Part shown: one piece after another, positions 29,471 through 42,148 of the stretch
How the letters are laid out: each line of letters opens with the position of its first letter
How positions within the stretch are numbered: the stretch's first letter is position 1
Assembly: GCA_041855445.1 (NCBI GenBank)
Contig: JBHAEG010000067.1
Coordinates: forward strand, 283 to 64,282
Direction of reading: 5' to 3'
DNA: 64,000 nt
Origin: Moraxellaceae bacterium
Lineage (GTDB): Bacteria > Pseudomonadota > Gammaproteobacteria > Pseudomonadales > Moraxellaceae
Notes under the pieces: model-generated
Databases searched by the model: none
What the model saw: only the letters and a program-made list of their open reading frames with translations
Told to the model about the DNA's origin: nothing
Program-made: the position numbers and the translations under genes

Positions 29471-30313
29471 TTAATGTAATTTTGCTAAAATATGCTGATA
29501 GCCTTGCTGAAAATTAGTAAAATTTAGCCAATCGCTCGGTAAATTATTTAAAATTTGTTTACCTGTGGTTGGCAAAGTTTCTACAAATTGAATATCAAGT
29601 CGCAATTGTAAAGCAAGATAATTTAACACGTTATATAATGGCACAGGTTGGTTATCAGTGACAAGATATATAGCTAAAGGATTGTTTTCCATTAATATTT
29701 TTATCATAACATGGATTAAGTCAATATCCATAATTCGATTTGTCCAAGTATTTTCTGGTATCGCAATTTGTTTATCTGTTGCTAGTTTTTTTACTAAATT
29801 TACCAAAGCTAATCGCTGTTCACCATAAATGCCACTTGGACGAATAATCGTACATTTATCGATAAAATGTTGTTGTAATAGCTGTTCTGCCTGTAAAATA
29901 ATTTGTGAACCGACTCGGGTCGGTGGCAAGATAGGACTATGAATATCAATTACTTCCGCAGAATTTTGTCCATAAACCCCCGTTGAAGAAACAAAAAATA
30001 CTCGTTGCAAATTTGGTAGATATTGACTTAATTTGATGACAGCTTGGCTAATTTGAAAATAACTTTCATGATAACTCATCTCATCGTAACGACTAGGGGT
30101 AACAGTAATAGTAATATGACTGATTGTTGATAAAAATGGTTTGAGATGTTGTGGGGATAATGTTCTGGCATCAAGTTGAATATGTTGAATATTTTTATCA
30201 AGGTTCATTTTTGCAGTACGACTGATACCAATCAGCGACAGACCTGATTTTGCTAGCTGATTGGCTACTGGTAATCCAATGGCTCCCAGACCAATCATGA
30301 TATGTTGTGTCAT
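29471..30313 (-). CDS. NAD-dependent epimerase/dehydratase (atypical SDR, YeeZ-like)
   Basis: IGLGAIG Rossmann motif, VSSTGVYGQ, RPSGIYG, TNRI. Confidence 0.8.
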   Translation of the reverse strand: MTQHIMIGLGAIGLPVANQLAKSGLSLIGISRTAKMNLDKNIQHIQLDARTLSPQHLKPFLSTISHITITVTPSRYDEMSYHESYFQISQAVIKLSQYLPNLQRVFFVSSTGVYGQNSAEVIDIHSPILPPTRVGSQIILQAEQLLQQHFIDKCTIIRPSGIYGEQRLALVNLVKKLATDKQIAIPENTWTNRIMDIDLIHVMIKILMENNPLAIYLVTDNQPVPLYNVLNYLALQLRLDIQFVETLPTTGKQILNNLPSDWLNFTNFQQGYQHILAKLH

Positions 30314-30326
30314 AATTATCCTTAAT

Positions 30327-31742
30327 TTATGATGGTTTTGCAGATTTTGCAGTTTGTCGATACAGATGATAAGCTAACATTGATAATATCATTAATATTC
30401 CTAACAATGAAATCCATAACAGCCATTGTTTTTGTTGATTAAGCTGTTGATTTGGGTCTTCAATTGGTTCTAATTTATCCAGTTGCCCGTCAACACTTTG
30501 TTGAATTTGTTGAATATGTGTATCTGTTAAAATAATATTTGGAATATTATTTAATCGTGTATCTCGTATTACCAATTGATAAGGGGCATTACCTTGTGCC
30601 AAAAAATACAGCTCATAAACAGGTGATAACAAGGTAACAGGTACATCGTTTAGGTTCATCTGTCCAATCAATTGTAGATTTTGACTAATGGTCGGTTGCC
30701 ATAATACCCGAGGAGTTGTAAGACTGACTTGGGTCTGTGCTAATAGTTTATCATTTGGGCTATCATAACTGTTGGCAGTGGTAATTTTATCTAGCATTGA
30801 TGTTTTGATGACAGGTTCAATGAGTTTTACTTGCCAAATTTGATGCTCTGGTACTAAAAAATCCATACCTGAAACTAATATTGGCTGTGGTAACTGCAGT
30901 TGCCATTGTTGCGATTGTCCGCTAATTGGCTCAAAATTTACCCGTGTCAAAAAATAATTTGGGATTTCAGTTGCTTCTTCAACTTTGGCTACATTGATTT
31001 GAATAGGTTGATTTGCCACAATTTGCCAAAAACGGGAATATTCTGTGGATTTGATGTTGATGGTTAAAGTGTTGTTTTTTGGTTGATTTAATTTCGTCCA
31101 AATCTTTTTTTCAATTTGTTGCCAATTTTCTAAATCATCACTAGCAAAAACTTGTAGTTCTAATGGTTTTTCATATGTGATATTGTCAAAGCTAACTTGT
31201 AACTGTGTCGGTAGTCGGATTTTATCTAATGGGTTTTTTAGCCACCAAGTAATAGATGGGTTGGCGTTTGTTAATGGAATGTTTGGTAGATTTTGCATCT
31301 CGATTTTTAAATTATCAAGATTGCTTGCTTGAACAGAAAATTGTTTGCGTAATTTTTCTACCATATTTGGGTCATTGGTTTGTAACTGAACCCATTGGAC
31401 AGGCTGTTGTTGTTTGCTCGTTTGGATAACAGGACGCAATGCCATTGGCATCACTCGTCCATCTCTGTCCACAATGCGTAAATGTTCAGTCGATGGCGTA
31501 GCATCGGTTTGGCAGATGTTGGCAAGTAATGCAGGCGATAATGAAGAAAAATGCACTAAAAATGCTTCTGTTTCTACTGGAACAGTGGGTAACTCGATAT
31601 TTGCCTGATATGCCATAGGTTTTTCATTTGCCCAAGCGACCACTGGCAATAAAAATATCATATATAATGATTTTGCCCAATTTGATGCAAAAATAGCAAA
31701 CAAATTGGGCATCGTGTTAGCAAATTTAATGGACAACAGCAT
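30327..31742 (-). CDS. DUF3999-like exported protein with C-terminal membrane anchor (start uncertain)
   Basis: Signal-like N-terminus, LRIVDRDG, YFLAQGNAPYQL, C-terminal WLLWISLLGIL TM; directly downstream of a DUF2339 gene. Confidence 0.65.
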   Translation of the reverse strand: MLLSIKFANTMPNLFAIFASNWAKSLYMIFLLPVVAWANEKPMAYQANIELPTVPVETEAFLVHFSSLSPALLANICQTDATPSTEHLRIVDRDGRVMPMALRPVIQTSKQQQPVQWVQLQTNDPNMVEKLRKQFSVQASNLDNLKIEMQNLPNIPLTNANPSITWWLKNPLDKIRLPTQLQVSFDNITYEKPLELQVFASDDLENWQQIEKKIWTKLNQPKNNTLTINIKSTEYSRFWQIVANQPIQINVAKVEEATEIPNYFLTRVNFEPISGQSQQWQLQLPQPILVSGMDFLVPEHQIWQVKLIEPVIKTSMLDKITTANSYDSPNDKLLAQTQVSLTTPRVLWQPTISQNLQLIGQMNLNDVPVTLLSPVYELYFLAQGNAPYQLVIRDTRLNNIPNIILTDTHIQQIQQSVDGQLDKLEPIEDPNQQLNQQKQWLLWISLLGILMILSMLAYHLYRQTAKSAKPS

Positions 31743-31840
31743 GATTACTTTTCATTATTCATAAAACGTTGAGTTTTTTAACTTTATCACAGAGTCATTT
31801 TAGCAGATGAGCTTACTAAAACCGTTCTGTTATTGTAAAA

Positions 31841-34800
31841 TTACTTTAAAGTATTAGTATTTTGTTGCGTTTTTAGTGGTGGTAATGGTGCAAGATAACC
31901 AATCAATAACATCAATCCACCAGCACCAATAAACGATATCACTTGGAAAATTGCATTGGTTTTTGACATATCAACAAATACTAATTTGATAACAACAATA
32001 CCAAGTAATGTAACACCCGCAAACCATACGTTTCGCCATGCTTGACGATTGGCAATAAACATCAATGCTGTTGCTAAAATTGACCACAAAATTGTTAAGC
32101 TGGTTTGTAACATTGGAGAATACCAAACTTCAACCCCAGCTGACCAAAGCGGTGTATTAAAATAATTAGCAAGACTTCTGACCAAAATACTACTTAAGGT
32201 AAAGAATATAGCAAAGGCAGGCATCACATACATTAGCACATGCAAATCTTTACTAAACATTTTTATTAGATAAACTTCATATAAAATAATAGCAAATAAT
32301 AGCAAGTCTAACGGGTTTATGATAGGTAAATACAATCCCATAAATTGCCCTGAAAAGTCAATATTTGCCATCACCAGCCAAAGCCATGTTATCGGAAACA
32401 AAAGCCAACTAATATCTTTTAATACTTGAACTGGAGAAAACCATACAAATTTATCGGTAAAAAACGAATAATCATCGGTATCATTGGCTAACGACATGAT
32501 AATTAGCACTAATAAAGTCAGCACACTTGGAAAAATCGTCAATAAATAGGTGGTTTCTGTACTTATTGTCAGCATTGGCAATAAGTAGCTACTCATGAGG
32601 ATAATCACGAGTATAAACGCAATTTGGTCAAAACGTGTATTCAGTTTTTGTTGATGCCAACCTGCCAAAAACCACGCTCCAATAAATTTGACCAATATTA
32701 CAATAAAAATAATGCCAAATAATTCAACCCAGTTATTTTTCCCAGAAAAAATATTTGTCCAGACTATCAACCATGATAATAATATCATGGGTAGCACAAA
32801 ACGGCTTACTTGGTTAATAGCCCACCATCGCCAGTGTCGATGAATTAACTGTAAACCAATTAATGCCAATGTCCATAGACCAACCCAAGCCAGTTCTGAA
32901 TTACGATTGGTTTCAATGATACTCTGAAAAGGATTGAATAAATTGTCGTATAATGTTTGCCCGTACAACATTAACATGATAATAACTAAACTGATAGTTA
33001 AGCCTTTATCTGCTGTGGTGGCAGGTAATGATAAACGTTTGGCTGGAACTGGCTCAAAACGAATGCCAAATCGTAACAAAAATGCCGACATTGCCACTGA
33101 TAAAGTTAAAACAATCAGCGGTAAGCCTGTACTTAACATGGTCATATCAGCAATATCAATATGTTGTATTGAAAAAATATCTAAAATTGCAAACCATAAC
33201 TGTATCACAAAATCATAAGCTATCATTAACAAAATACTAAACGCCTGTAGTGCTAAACCTGTCCAAATTGCCCAGCGTCTATCAGTACGAATACCCAACC
33301 AAACAAAACTCGCTCCTTGTACCGCCCAGCCAATCGTTACCCATTGGGCGGACAACGCTAATGGTAACACCAATGCTAAAAAGCCAACTCCTAATGCTAA
33401 TGTTGCTTCAATCAACAAATGATAACTATTGTTAAAACGTTCTTTTGCATCGTTAAAATTTTCTAAACCTTGTTGATGCTGATGTAGTAGCCAAGAACCA
33501 ATAGCAAAATAAACCACAGATAAAATCGCACTAGCAAAAGCCAAATGATACGATAAATCATGTAACAAACTTGCTAACAAGCCAAAACCTAATAAGGCAG
33601 TACCAAATAACAGCCCAGCATCAATTGATAATAAAGGGGTTTGTAACGGCTTATTTACAGTATTTTGACGACTTAACATACGATTAAACGTTACAACTTG
33701 TTGAGAATATCGCACCGCAATAAACAAATACAATGCCATATGAGCGACCAACAATATCACTAATTGCCAACGCATTGGTAGCCATATGCTCACCCCTAAA
33801 TTTAGCCAATCCATGTATTGTTTCGCTCCCCAAGTATAAGCCACACCAAAGGTTACAGCTAAACTTAACGCATTTAATAACTTCCATGTTCGGTAATGGG
33901 CAATCACTGCAACAGCTACATTTAAAATCAAATAATAGCCAAACAACATCACCACATTACCAGTATTTTGACTAATTAATATCGGTGCAAAAAACGCCCC
34001 ACCAAACGCTAAAATCGCCAATGGCAGTGCATTTTGCCACACCGAAAACATCACTGATAAACCTGTTAAAACTACCAGTAACCCCATGGCAAAACTGGCT
34101 GGCAATAAATCATATAAGCGAAAACTTGCAAAAATCGTCAAATAAATCATCGCAAAGCCGACACCTTGCAAAGTCAAACCATAATTTCGCCGATTTTGAC
34201 TCACTTTAAAACCAACACCTGTCACAGCTAGACCTGCTAAAGCGACCATCATCATACGAGTTGCGATAGACACTTCAATATATTGGCTGGCAAGTTTTAA
34301 CAGCAACACGACCCCTACCAATAATACTAACGCCCCAACCCGTACAATTAAATTTTCACCTAAAAACCATTGCTTAATACTATGAAACAATGACGTTACC
34401 ACATTAATTGACGTTTCATCTGGCGTGTGTGATGATGGAGCAAATGGCTGTTGGCTAGGTGGTTGCTGGTTAAACGAAGGCTGATGTAAAGATTGTTGAT
34501 GAGATGGTGATGGATTAACCGCAGATTGATTGAATATAGGTTGATTAAACGTAGGTTGATTAAAAACAGGTGGTTTTGAAGTCGTTACAGGTCTTTGTGT
34601 ATGTTGAGCAGAGCTGTTTTGTGTGGGCAAAGGTACATTTAAATTTGGAGCTGGATTTACAAATGTAGGACGTTCTGGCGGAATATTATTTGATGGCTGA
34701 TTAGGTGTTGCTTGCTGTGGCGGAATATGTGCAGATGGCACACGATTTATTGACGAATTTGTTAAATTTGTCAAATGCACAACTTGCTGTTGTAAATGTT

Positions 34801-34924
34801 GTACTTGACGATTTAATTTATCAATTTGTTGTTTTTGTTCTGAATTTTTCACAATCGCAATAATTGGCAATACTATACTAACGATTGCCCAAAGGCCTAT
34901 TAACGTAATCGCCAAGTCCCACAT
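31841..34924 (-). CDS. DUF2339 family large polytopic membrane protein
   Basis: N-terminal TM + coiled coil + Pro/Gln linker; WFLGENLIVRVG, LQGVG, GGAFFAPIL; C-terminal KLVFVDMS..ISFIGAGGLMLLIGYLAPLPP. Confidence 0.85.
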   Translation of the reverse strand: MWDLAITLIGLWAIVSIVLPIIAIVKNSEQKQQIDKLNRQVQHLQQQVVHLTNLTNSSINRVPSAHIPPQQATPNQPSNNIPPERPTFVNPAPNLNVPLPTQNSSAQHTQRPVTTSKPPVFNQPTFNQPIFNQSAVNPSPSHQQSLHQPSFNQQPPSQQPFAPSSHTPDETSINVVTSLFHSIKQWFLGENLIVRVGALVLLVGVVLLLKLASQYIEVSIATRMMMVALAGLAVTGVGFKVSQNRRNYGLTLQGVGFAMIYLTIFASFRLYDLLPASFAMGLLVVLTGLSVMFSVWQNALPLAILAFGGAFFAPILISQNTGNVVMLFGYYLILNVAVAVIAHYRTWKLLNALSLAVTFGVAYTWGAKQYMDWLNLGVSIWLPMRWQLVILLVAHMALYLFIAVRYSQQVVTFNRMLSRQNTVNKPLQTPLLSIDAGLLFGTALLGFGLLASLLHDLSYHLAFASAILSVVYFAIGSWLLHQHQQGLENFNDAKERFNNSYHLLIEATLALGVGFLALVLPLALSAQWVTIGWAVQGASFVWLGIRTDRRWAIWTGLALQAFSILLMIAYDFVIQLWFAILDIFSIQHIDIADMTMLSTGLPLIVLTLSVAMSAFLLRFGIRFEPVPAKRLSLPATTADKGLTISLVIIMLMLYGQTLYDNLFNPFQSIIETNRNSELAWVGLWTLALIGLQLIHRHWRWWAINQVSRFVLPMILLSWLIVWTNIFSGKNNWVELFGIIFIVILVKFIGAWFLAGWHQQKLNTRFDQIAFILVIILMSSYLLPMLTISTETTYLLTIFPSVLTLLVLIIMSLANDTDDYSFFTDKFVWFSPVQVLKDISWLLFPITWLWLVMANIDFSGQFMGLYLPIINPLDLLLFAIILYEVYLIKMFSKDLHVLMYVMPAFAIFFTLSSILVRSLANYFNTPLWSAGVEVWYSPMLQTSLTILWSILATALMFIANRQAWRNVWFAGVTLLGIVVIKLVFVDMSKTNAIFQVISFIGAGGLMLLIGYLAPLPPLKTQQNTNTLK
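34522..34566. repeat. Imperfect 15-bp tandem repeat (3 units) in the DUF2339 linker
   Basis: cagattgattgaata / taggttgattaaacg / taggttgattaaaaa, encoding FNQPT-FNQPI-FNQSA. Confidence 0.7.
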
Positions 34925-35284
34925 TGTAAACCTACCTTTATTTCTTTATTTACCTATTCATGCTAATTTACCTGATTTACTATAAACAGGCAATTATATT
35001 TTTTGTAATATCAAACATGAAAATATAAAAAATCAATGGTCATATAATTTCTCATAAAAATGGTGCTTTTTCCATTTTTTCATAAAAAACGTATAACATA
35101 ATTCATTTTTTCCATGATTTATGTGTAAAAACAACAAAGGCGACTATTAATCAGTTGATTATCAGCATTGTATGTAATAAAATCGGCAGAAATAACCAGT
35201 ATTTTATGGTTTGCTCGACTAACAACCATTTATTTAAAAAATAAGTAAAAATTTTGTATTTATTTTTGTGATTGTAACCAGTAA

Positions 35285-37522
<2,238 letters not shown>

Positions 37523-37573
37523 GATAACTTGATAATTTAATTATTTCGATTATCTAATAACTTAATAAAAAAG

Positions 37574-37601
37574 AACAGCAAAATTTAACCGTTTTGCTGT
37601 T
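37574..37601 (+). terminator. Intrinsic terminator after icd
   Basis: aacagcaaaa-tttaaccg-ttttgctgtt stem followed by T-run. Confidence 0.8.
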
Positions 37602-37638
37602 TTTTTAATTTTTATATTGATTTGAACTTATTAATAAA

Positions 37639-38475
37639 ATGTCAAATTTTACCAACGAAATTATCAAAACCAAATCATTACCACATTTACCCTATATGGC
37701 GTATGAAGACCAGCAGGCGATTACTCGTTTATGTGTGCGTTGTGGTTTGTTATTAATGCAATATGGGGCAGAGTCGGCAACAGTGGTCGATTTATGTAAA
37801 CGTTTAGGCGAAGCATTGGGGGTGGCAAGTGTCGAATGTAGTTTGGCATTTAATGGCATTACCTTAACCACGTTATATAATAATCGTTGTATTACTACGG
37901 TGCGAGCTTCGACCACTCATGCAATTAATATTCATATTATTATTCAAATTCAACAAATTATTTTAGATTTAGAACATCATCAAATGAAACAACCTTTAGA
38001 ATATGCTCAACAACGTTTTGATGCGTTAGACAAAACGAGCTATCCAATTTGGCTGATTGCGTTGTTTGTTGGCGGTTCATGTGCAAGTTTTGCTCATTTG
38101 GCAGGGGGGAACTGGCAAATTGTGTTGATTACCTATGTTGCAGGTTTTGTGGCGATGTTATTACGACATCATTTGTCATTGCATCATTTTAGTCCATTTA
38201 TTGTGACAGTCATGACGGCGTTTTGTGCTTCGATGATTGGGGCGGTGGGGTTATTGGCTCATTTAGGTAATGACCCACATATTGCGATTGCCTCAAGTGT
38301 GTTGTTATTAGTGCCAAGTTTTCCATTAATCAATTCATTATCAGATATGTTGCGTGGTTATATGAATATGGGGGTTGGACGATTTATGTTTGCAAGTATG
38401 CTTACTTTAGGGGCATGTATGGGCATTGTCATCGCATTATTTATATTAAATATTCATGTTTGGGGGATTAATTAA
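37639..38475 (+). CDS. Threonine/serine exporter ThrE family, YjjP-like subunit
   Basis: LLMQYGAES, LLLVPSFPLINSLSDMLRG..MG. Confidence 0.88.
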   Translation: MSNFTNEIIKTKSLPHLPYMAYEDQQAITRLCVRCGLLLMQYGAESATVVDLCKRLGEALGVASVECSLAFNGITLTTLYNNRCITTVRASTTHAINIHIIIQIQQIILDLEHHQMKQPLEYAQQRFDALDKTSYPIWLIALFVGGSCASFAHLAGGNWQIVLITYVAGFVAMLLRHHLSLHHFSPFIVTVMTAFCASMIGAVGLLAHLGNDPHIAIASSVLLLVPSFPLINSLSDMLRGYMNMGVGRFMFASMLTLGACMGIVIALFILNIHVWGIN

Positions 38476-38939
38476 TGTTTGATTGGTATAGCTTATTCAA
38501 TACAGTATTTTTTTCAATGTTAATGACATTTGGTTGGACATTGATGTTTAATATGCCTAAAAAATATATCATTCAATGTTTAATAGTTACCGCTATGGGC
38601 TGTGGATTACGAAATAGTTTATTACAATATCAGTTAGATTTAGTGACAGCCACATTTTTTGCCAGTATTGTTTGTGGATTTTTAGGGGTGTTTGTGTCAA
38701 AACGTTGGCTTGTACCACCAAAAACCATGATTGTCCCCAGTGTGATTTGTATGATGCCAGGTGTGACAGCATATAAAGCGATGATTAGCATGATACAGTT
38801 AGGTTACATTGGTTATAGTGATGCGTTATTTACGCAAATGATGCAATATTTTTTTAATGCAATGTTTGTGATGATGGCGTTAGTATTTGGGCTGTCATTG
38901 CCTGCGACATTGTTTTATCGGCGACAGCCCATCGTTTAA
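38475..38939 (+). CDS. Threonine/serine exporter, YjjB-like subunit (ThrE_2)
   Basis: LMFNMP, PSVICMMPGVTAYKAM; 1-nt overlap with the upstream thrE gene. Confidence 0.88.
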   Translation: MFDWYSLFNTVFFSMLMTFGWTLMFNMPKKYIIQCLIVTAMGCGLRNSLLQYQLDLVTATFFASIVCGFLGVFVSKRWLVPPKTMIVPSVICMMPGVTAYKAMISMIQLGYIGYSDALFTQMMQYFFNAMFVMMALVFGLSLPATLFYRRQPIV

Positions 38940-38951
38940 TATCAATTAAAA

Positions 38952-39419
38952 TTAATTTAATTCTATTTTTGTACCAACTTTAGAAAAATTCATGACAAAT
39001 TGGCTTTTAAAACGGCGAACGTTGTTATCGTAAGTTAGATAATCACGAGTAAAACGATGGTAATCTGCCATATTTTTGGCGTGAACTAATAGTAAAAAAT
39101 CATAATCGCCTGAAATTTCATAACAGCTCATCACCTGCTTTTGACGGTTCATTAATCTTTCAAAACTATCTTGCATATTGGTATTTTGTTTTTCCATTTC
39201 AATTAAGACAAAAATAGTTAGGTCAAAACCTAGTTCAGTCGGATTGACAATTGCGACTTGTTTGGTAATGACACCAGTTTCCATCATGTATTGGATACGC
39301 CGTTGGCAGGTGGCGACTGAGGCATGAACTTGTTCAGCAATATTTTTTAGTGGTAAAGTTGAGTCCTCTTGCAATAAATTTAAAATGCGTTTATCAATAT
39401 CATCAATTTCGTGTTGCAT
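38952..39419 (-). CDS. Lrp/AsnC family transcriptional regulator
   Basis: DDIDKRILNLLQED..HTH..RRI, CYEISGDYDFLL. Confidence 0.92.
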   Translation of the reverse strand: MQHEIDDIDKRILNLLQEDSTLPLKNIAEQVHASVATCQRRIQYMMETGVITKQVAIVNPTELGFDLTIFVLIEMEKQNTNMQDSFERLMNRQKQVMSCYEISGDYDFLLLVHAKNMADYHRFTRDYLTYDNNVRRFKSQFVMNFSKVGTKIELN

Positions 39420-39583
39420 AATTACACATTCCATTAAAAAAACGTTATATGAAAAAAAACAAATTTTAGCGAAAATTTTTATTATTAATTTACCATAAAC
39501 AATGAAAAATTGAAAATATTTATCACAATAAATCGTTATACTTATCAGCGTTATTGATGGGATATTTTAGGGTTGATTACTTC

Positions 39584-40531
39584 ATGTCAGAAATTCATCA
39601 AATTCAAACACCTGCTCTGCTCAATCGGTTTGCATTACCAACGCTCACCCCAATCAGTGTTGGGATTAGTTTGGCAGTTTTTTCGGGTGTTTTATTTGCA
39701 ATCATTTATTTATACAGTAGCTGGCTGTCATCTTTATCAGGTACGCAAGTTTTTTTGTGGCGAATGGTGGCGATGTGGTTTGGGTTATTAATGTTGATGA
39801 TAATGACCCAAGGTGTTGCTAAATTTCGTGAATATATTGTAGGGTTAAATTTGCGTCAATGGTTATTATTATTATCAACAACCCCAATTGTCGCAAGTCA
39901 ATTCTGGCTATTTATGTGGGCTCCTGTGAACGGACAGGCGGTAAATGTAGCCATTGGTTATTTTTTATTTCCATTGATGATGGTTTTGGTTGGCTGTATC
40001 TTTTTTAAAGAAAAATTAAATCGTTTACAATGGATTGCCGTTGCATTGGCTGGGGCTGGCGTGTTGATACAGTTTTTCTTATTAGGCAGTGTGTCTTGGG
40101 CGACAGCGTGGGTATGTTTGACCTATCCGATTTATTATGGGCTTCGCCGTTGGCAAGGGGTACCTGCTTTATCAGGGTTATTTATTGATTTATCTATCAT
40201 TGCTCCTATAGCTTTGTTATATTTGATTTTTCAAGATAATTCATTGTCAATGGTCATGACCTCAAGTTCCTTGTTAATACTGATTGTGGGGTTAGGGTTA
40301 ATTAGTGCATTGGCAATGCAGACAAACTTACATGCAAGCCGTTTATTACCCATGAATATGTTTGGTATGTTAAGTTATTTAGAACCTGCCTTAATGTTTG
40401 TTCTATCTATTTTGGTGCTAAACGAAATGATAAATGCTGAAATGATGTTAAGTTTTGGTTTAATTTGGGTAGGAATTTTACTATCTATTATCAATAGCAT
40501 GTTGGAAAAAAGCAAAAAGACAACTCAATAA
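39584..40531 (+). CDS. rarD: RarD-like EamA/DMT transporter
   Basis: FMWAPVNG, GYFLFPLMMV, YLEPALMF; divergent from the Lrp gene. Confidence 0.85.
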   Translation: MSEIHQIQTPALLNRFALPTLTPISVGISLAVFSGVLFAIIYLYSSWLSSLSGTQVFLWRMVAMWFGLLMLMIMTQGVAKFREYIVGLNLRQWLLLLSTTPIVASQFWLFMWAPVNGQAVNVAIGYFLFPLMMVLVGCIFFKEKLNRLQWIAVALAGAGVLIQFFLLGSVSWATAWVCLTYPIYYGLRRWQGVPALSGLFIDLSIIAPIALLYLIFQDNSLSMVMTSSSLLILIVGLGLISALAMQTNLHASRLLPMNMFGMLSYLEPALMFVLSILVLNEMINAEMMLSFGLIWVGILLSIINSMLEKSKKTTQ

Positions 40532-40600
40532 CCCAGATTATCGGTTGTAATACCCTAAAAAATCCCCATTGTATATAATCATCGCTAACATGGGTTGAAT

Positions 40601-40951
40601 ATGACGATTTATCCTGACGTTGCCAATTTGCCAGAGTTTCAAATCGATTGGCAACAATTACAAACATTAGTTAATGAGCTTCCTGACATTACTATCACAC
40701 AATATGTCAATGCTAAAAACTTAGCATGTCCAATGCCATTGTTAAAATTAAAAATGGCGTTAAAAAATACTAATATGAATCATGCTGTTTATGTAACCAC
40801 AACAGACCCAAATAGCCAACATGATATTGGGGCGTTTTGCCGTCATATGAATTACAATCTATTGATTTTTATTGAGAATACTCACGATAGCTTACGTTCT
40901 GATAATGCCAACGATACAATCTTTCACTTGTTAATCTGCAAAAATAACTAA
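40601..40951 (+). CDS. tusA: TusA/SirA family sulfurtransferase
   Basis: LACPMPLLKLKMAL, TDPNSQHDI; upstream of rpoH. Confidence 0.85.
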   Translation: MTIYPDVANLPEFQIDWQQLQTLVNELPDITITQYVNAKNLACPMPLLKLKMALKNTNMNHAVYVTTTDPNSQHDIGAFCRHMNYNLLIFIENTHDSLRSDNANDTIFHLLICKNN

Positions 40952-40994
40952 ATAATAGCTACACAAAATTATTGCGACAATGATAGGTCAGTTC

Positions 40995-42113
40995 ATGGCA
41001 CGAAAACACAAACAACAAACTTCTGTATCACATGATAAAACCCGTCATCAACCATATGTCGATGATTTTATTGATGATGATATAGATTTAGATAATGATG
41101 AACCTGATTTTGATGATTTTGACGGCGAAGACATTGATTTTGACAACTTATCCGATGATTACTCCACAGATTATGATGATGATTTAGACGATTATCGTCC
41201 TAAAAAAACAACAAAATCTCGCACAATATCCACCAGCCATAGTCATGCTCTTGTTCCTGCGATGCCAACTTCGTTATCAGCACCAGGGGTGAACTTAGGG
41301 GCATATATTAATGCAGTCCACCAAATTCCTATTTTGACACCAGAACAAGAACAAGACCTTGCCCATCGTTACTATGACAAAGGCGATGTTGAGGCGGCTC
41401 GACTGCTGGTCATGTCACATTTACGTTTTGTCATTCACATTGCCCGCAGTTACTCAGGTTACGGCTTGCCCCAAGCTGATTTAATTCAAGAAGGTAATGT
41501 TGGATTAATGAAAGCAGTAAAACGCTTTGACCCTAATAAAGGGGTGCGTTTAGTATCATTTGCGGTACATTGGATTAAAGCAGAAATTCATGAGTTTGTT
41601 ATTCGTAACTGGCGAATTGTGAAAGTTGCAACCACTAAAGCCCATCGAAAATTGTTTTTTAATTTGCGGTCATTGAAAAAAACCAATAATCAATTAACAT
41701 TAGAAGAAGCCGAAGCAATTGCCAAAGATTTAAATGTTACTGTTAAACAAGTGCTAGAGATGGAAAGTCGTTTGACCTCATACGATGCGTCTTTTGAAAC
41801 TCAAAGTGATGACGATGAAGAAGGGCGTTATGCACCACAATTATATCTTGAAGATGGTGTAGACCCTGCGGAAATGGTGGAAGATGCCGACTGGGAAGAA
41901 AGTAACAATAATGCTTTACTTGAGGCAATGGATAGTCTTGATGAACGGTCACGCGATATTGTGCAACAGCGTTGGCTAAATGAACAAAAAGCAACGTTGC
42001 ATGAATTGGCGGCAGAATATGATATTTCTGCAGAACGTGTACGTCAAATTGAAAAAAATGCGATGGATAAAATTCGTGAAGCAATGCTAGCTAATAATCA
42101 TTTACAGATGTAA
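40995..42113 (+). CDS. rpoH: RNA polymerase sigma-32 RpoH with long acidic N-terminal extension
   Basis: LVMSHLRFV, DLIQEGNVGLMKAVKRFDP, RpoH box VKVATTKAHRKLFFNLR, ISAERVRQIE. Confidence 0.93.
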   Translation: MARKHKQQTSVSHDKTRHQPYVDDFIDDDIDLDNDEPDFDDFDGEDIDFDNLSDDYSTDYDDDLDDYRPKKTTKSRTISTSHSHALVPAMPTSLSAPGVNLGAYINAVHQIPILTPEQEQDLAHRYYDKGDVEAARLLVMSHLRFVIHIARSYSGYGLPQADLIQEGNVGLMKAVKRFDPNKGVRLVSFAVHWIKAEIHEFVIRNWRIVKVATTKAHRKLFFNLRSLKKTNNQLTLEEAEAIAKDLNVTVKQVLEMESRLTSYDASFETQSDDDEEGRYAPQLYLEDGVDPAEMVEDADWEESNNNALLEAMDSLDERSRDIVQQRWLNEQKATLHELAAEYDISAERVRQIEKNAMDKIREAMLANNHLQM

Positions 42114-42148
42114 AATATTATCAAATATCTACAAATGGAAAAATAACA

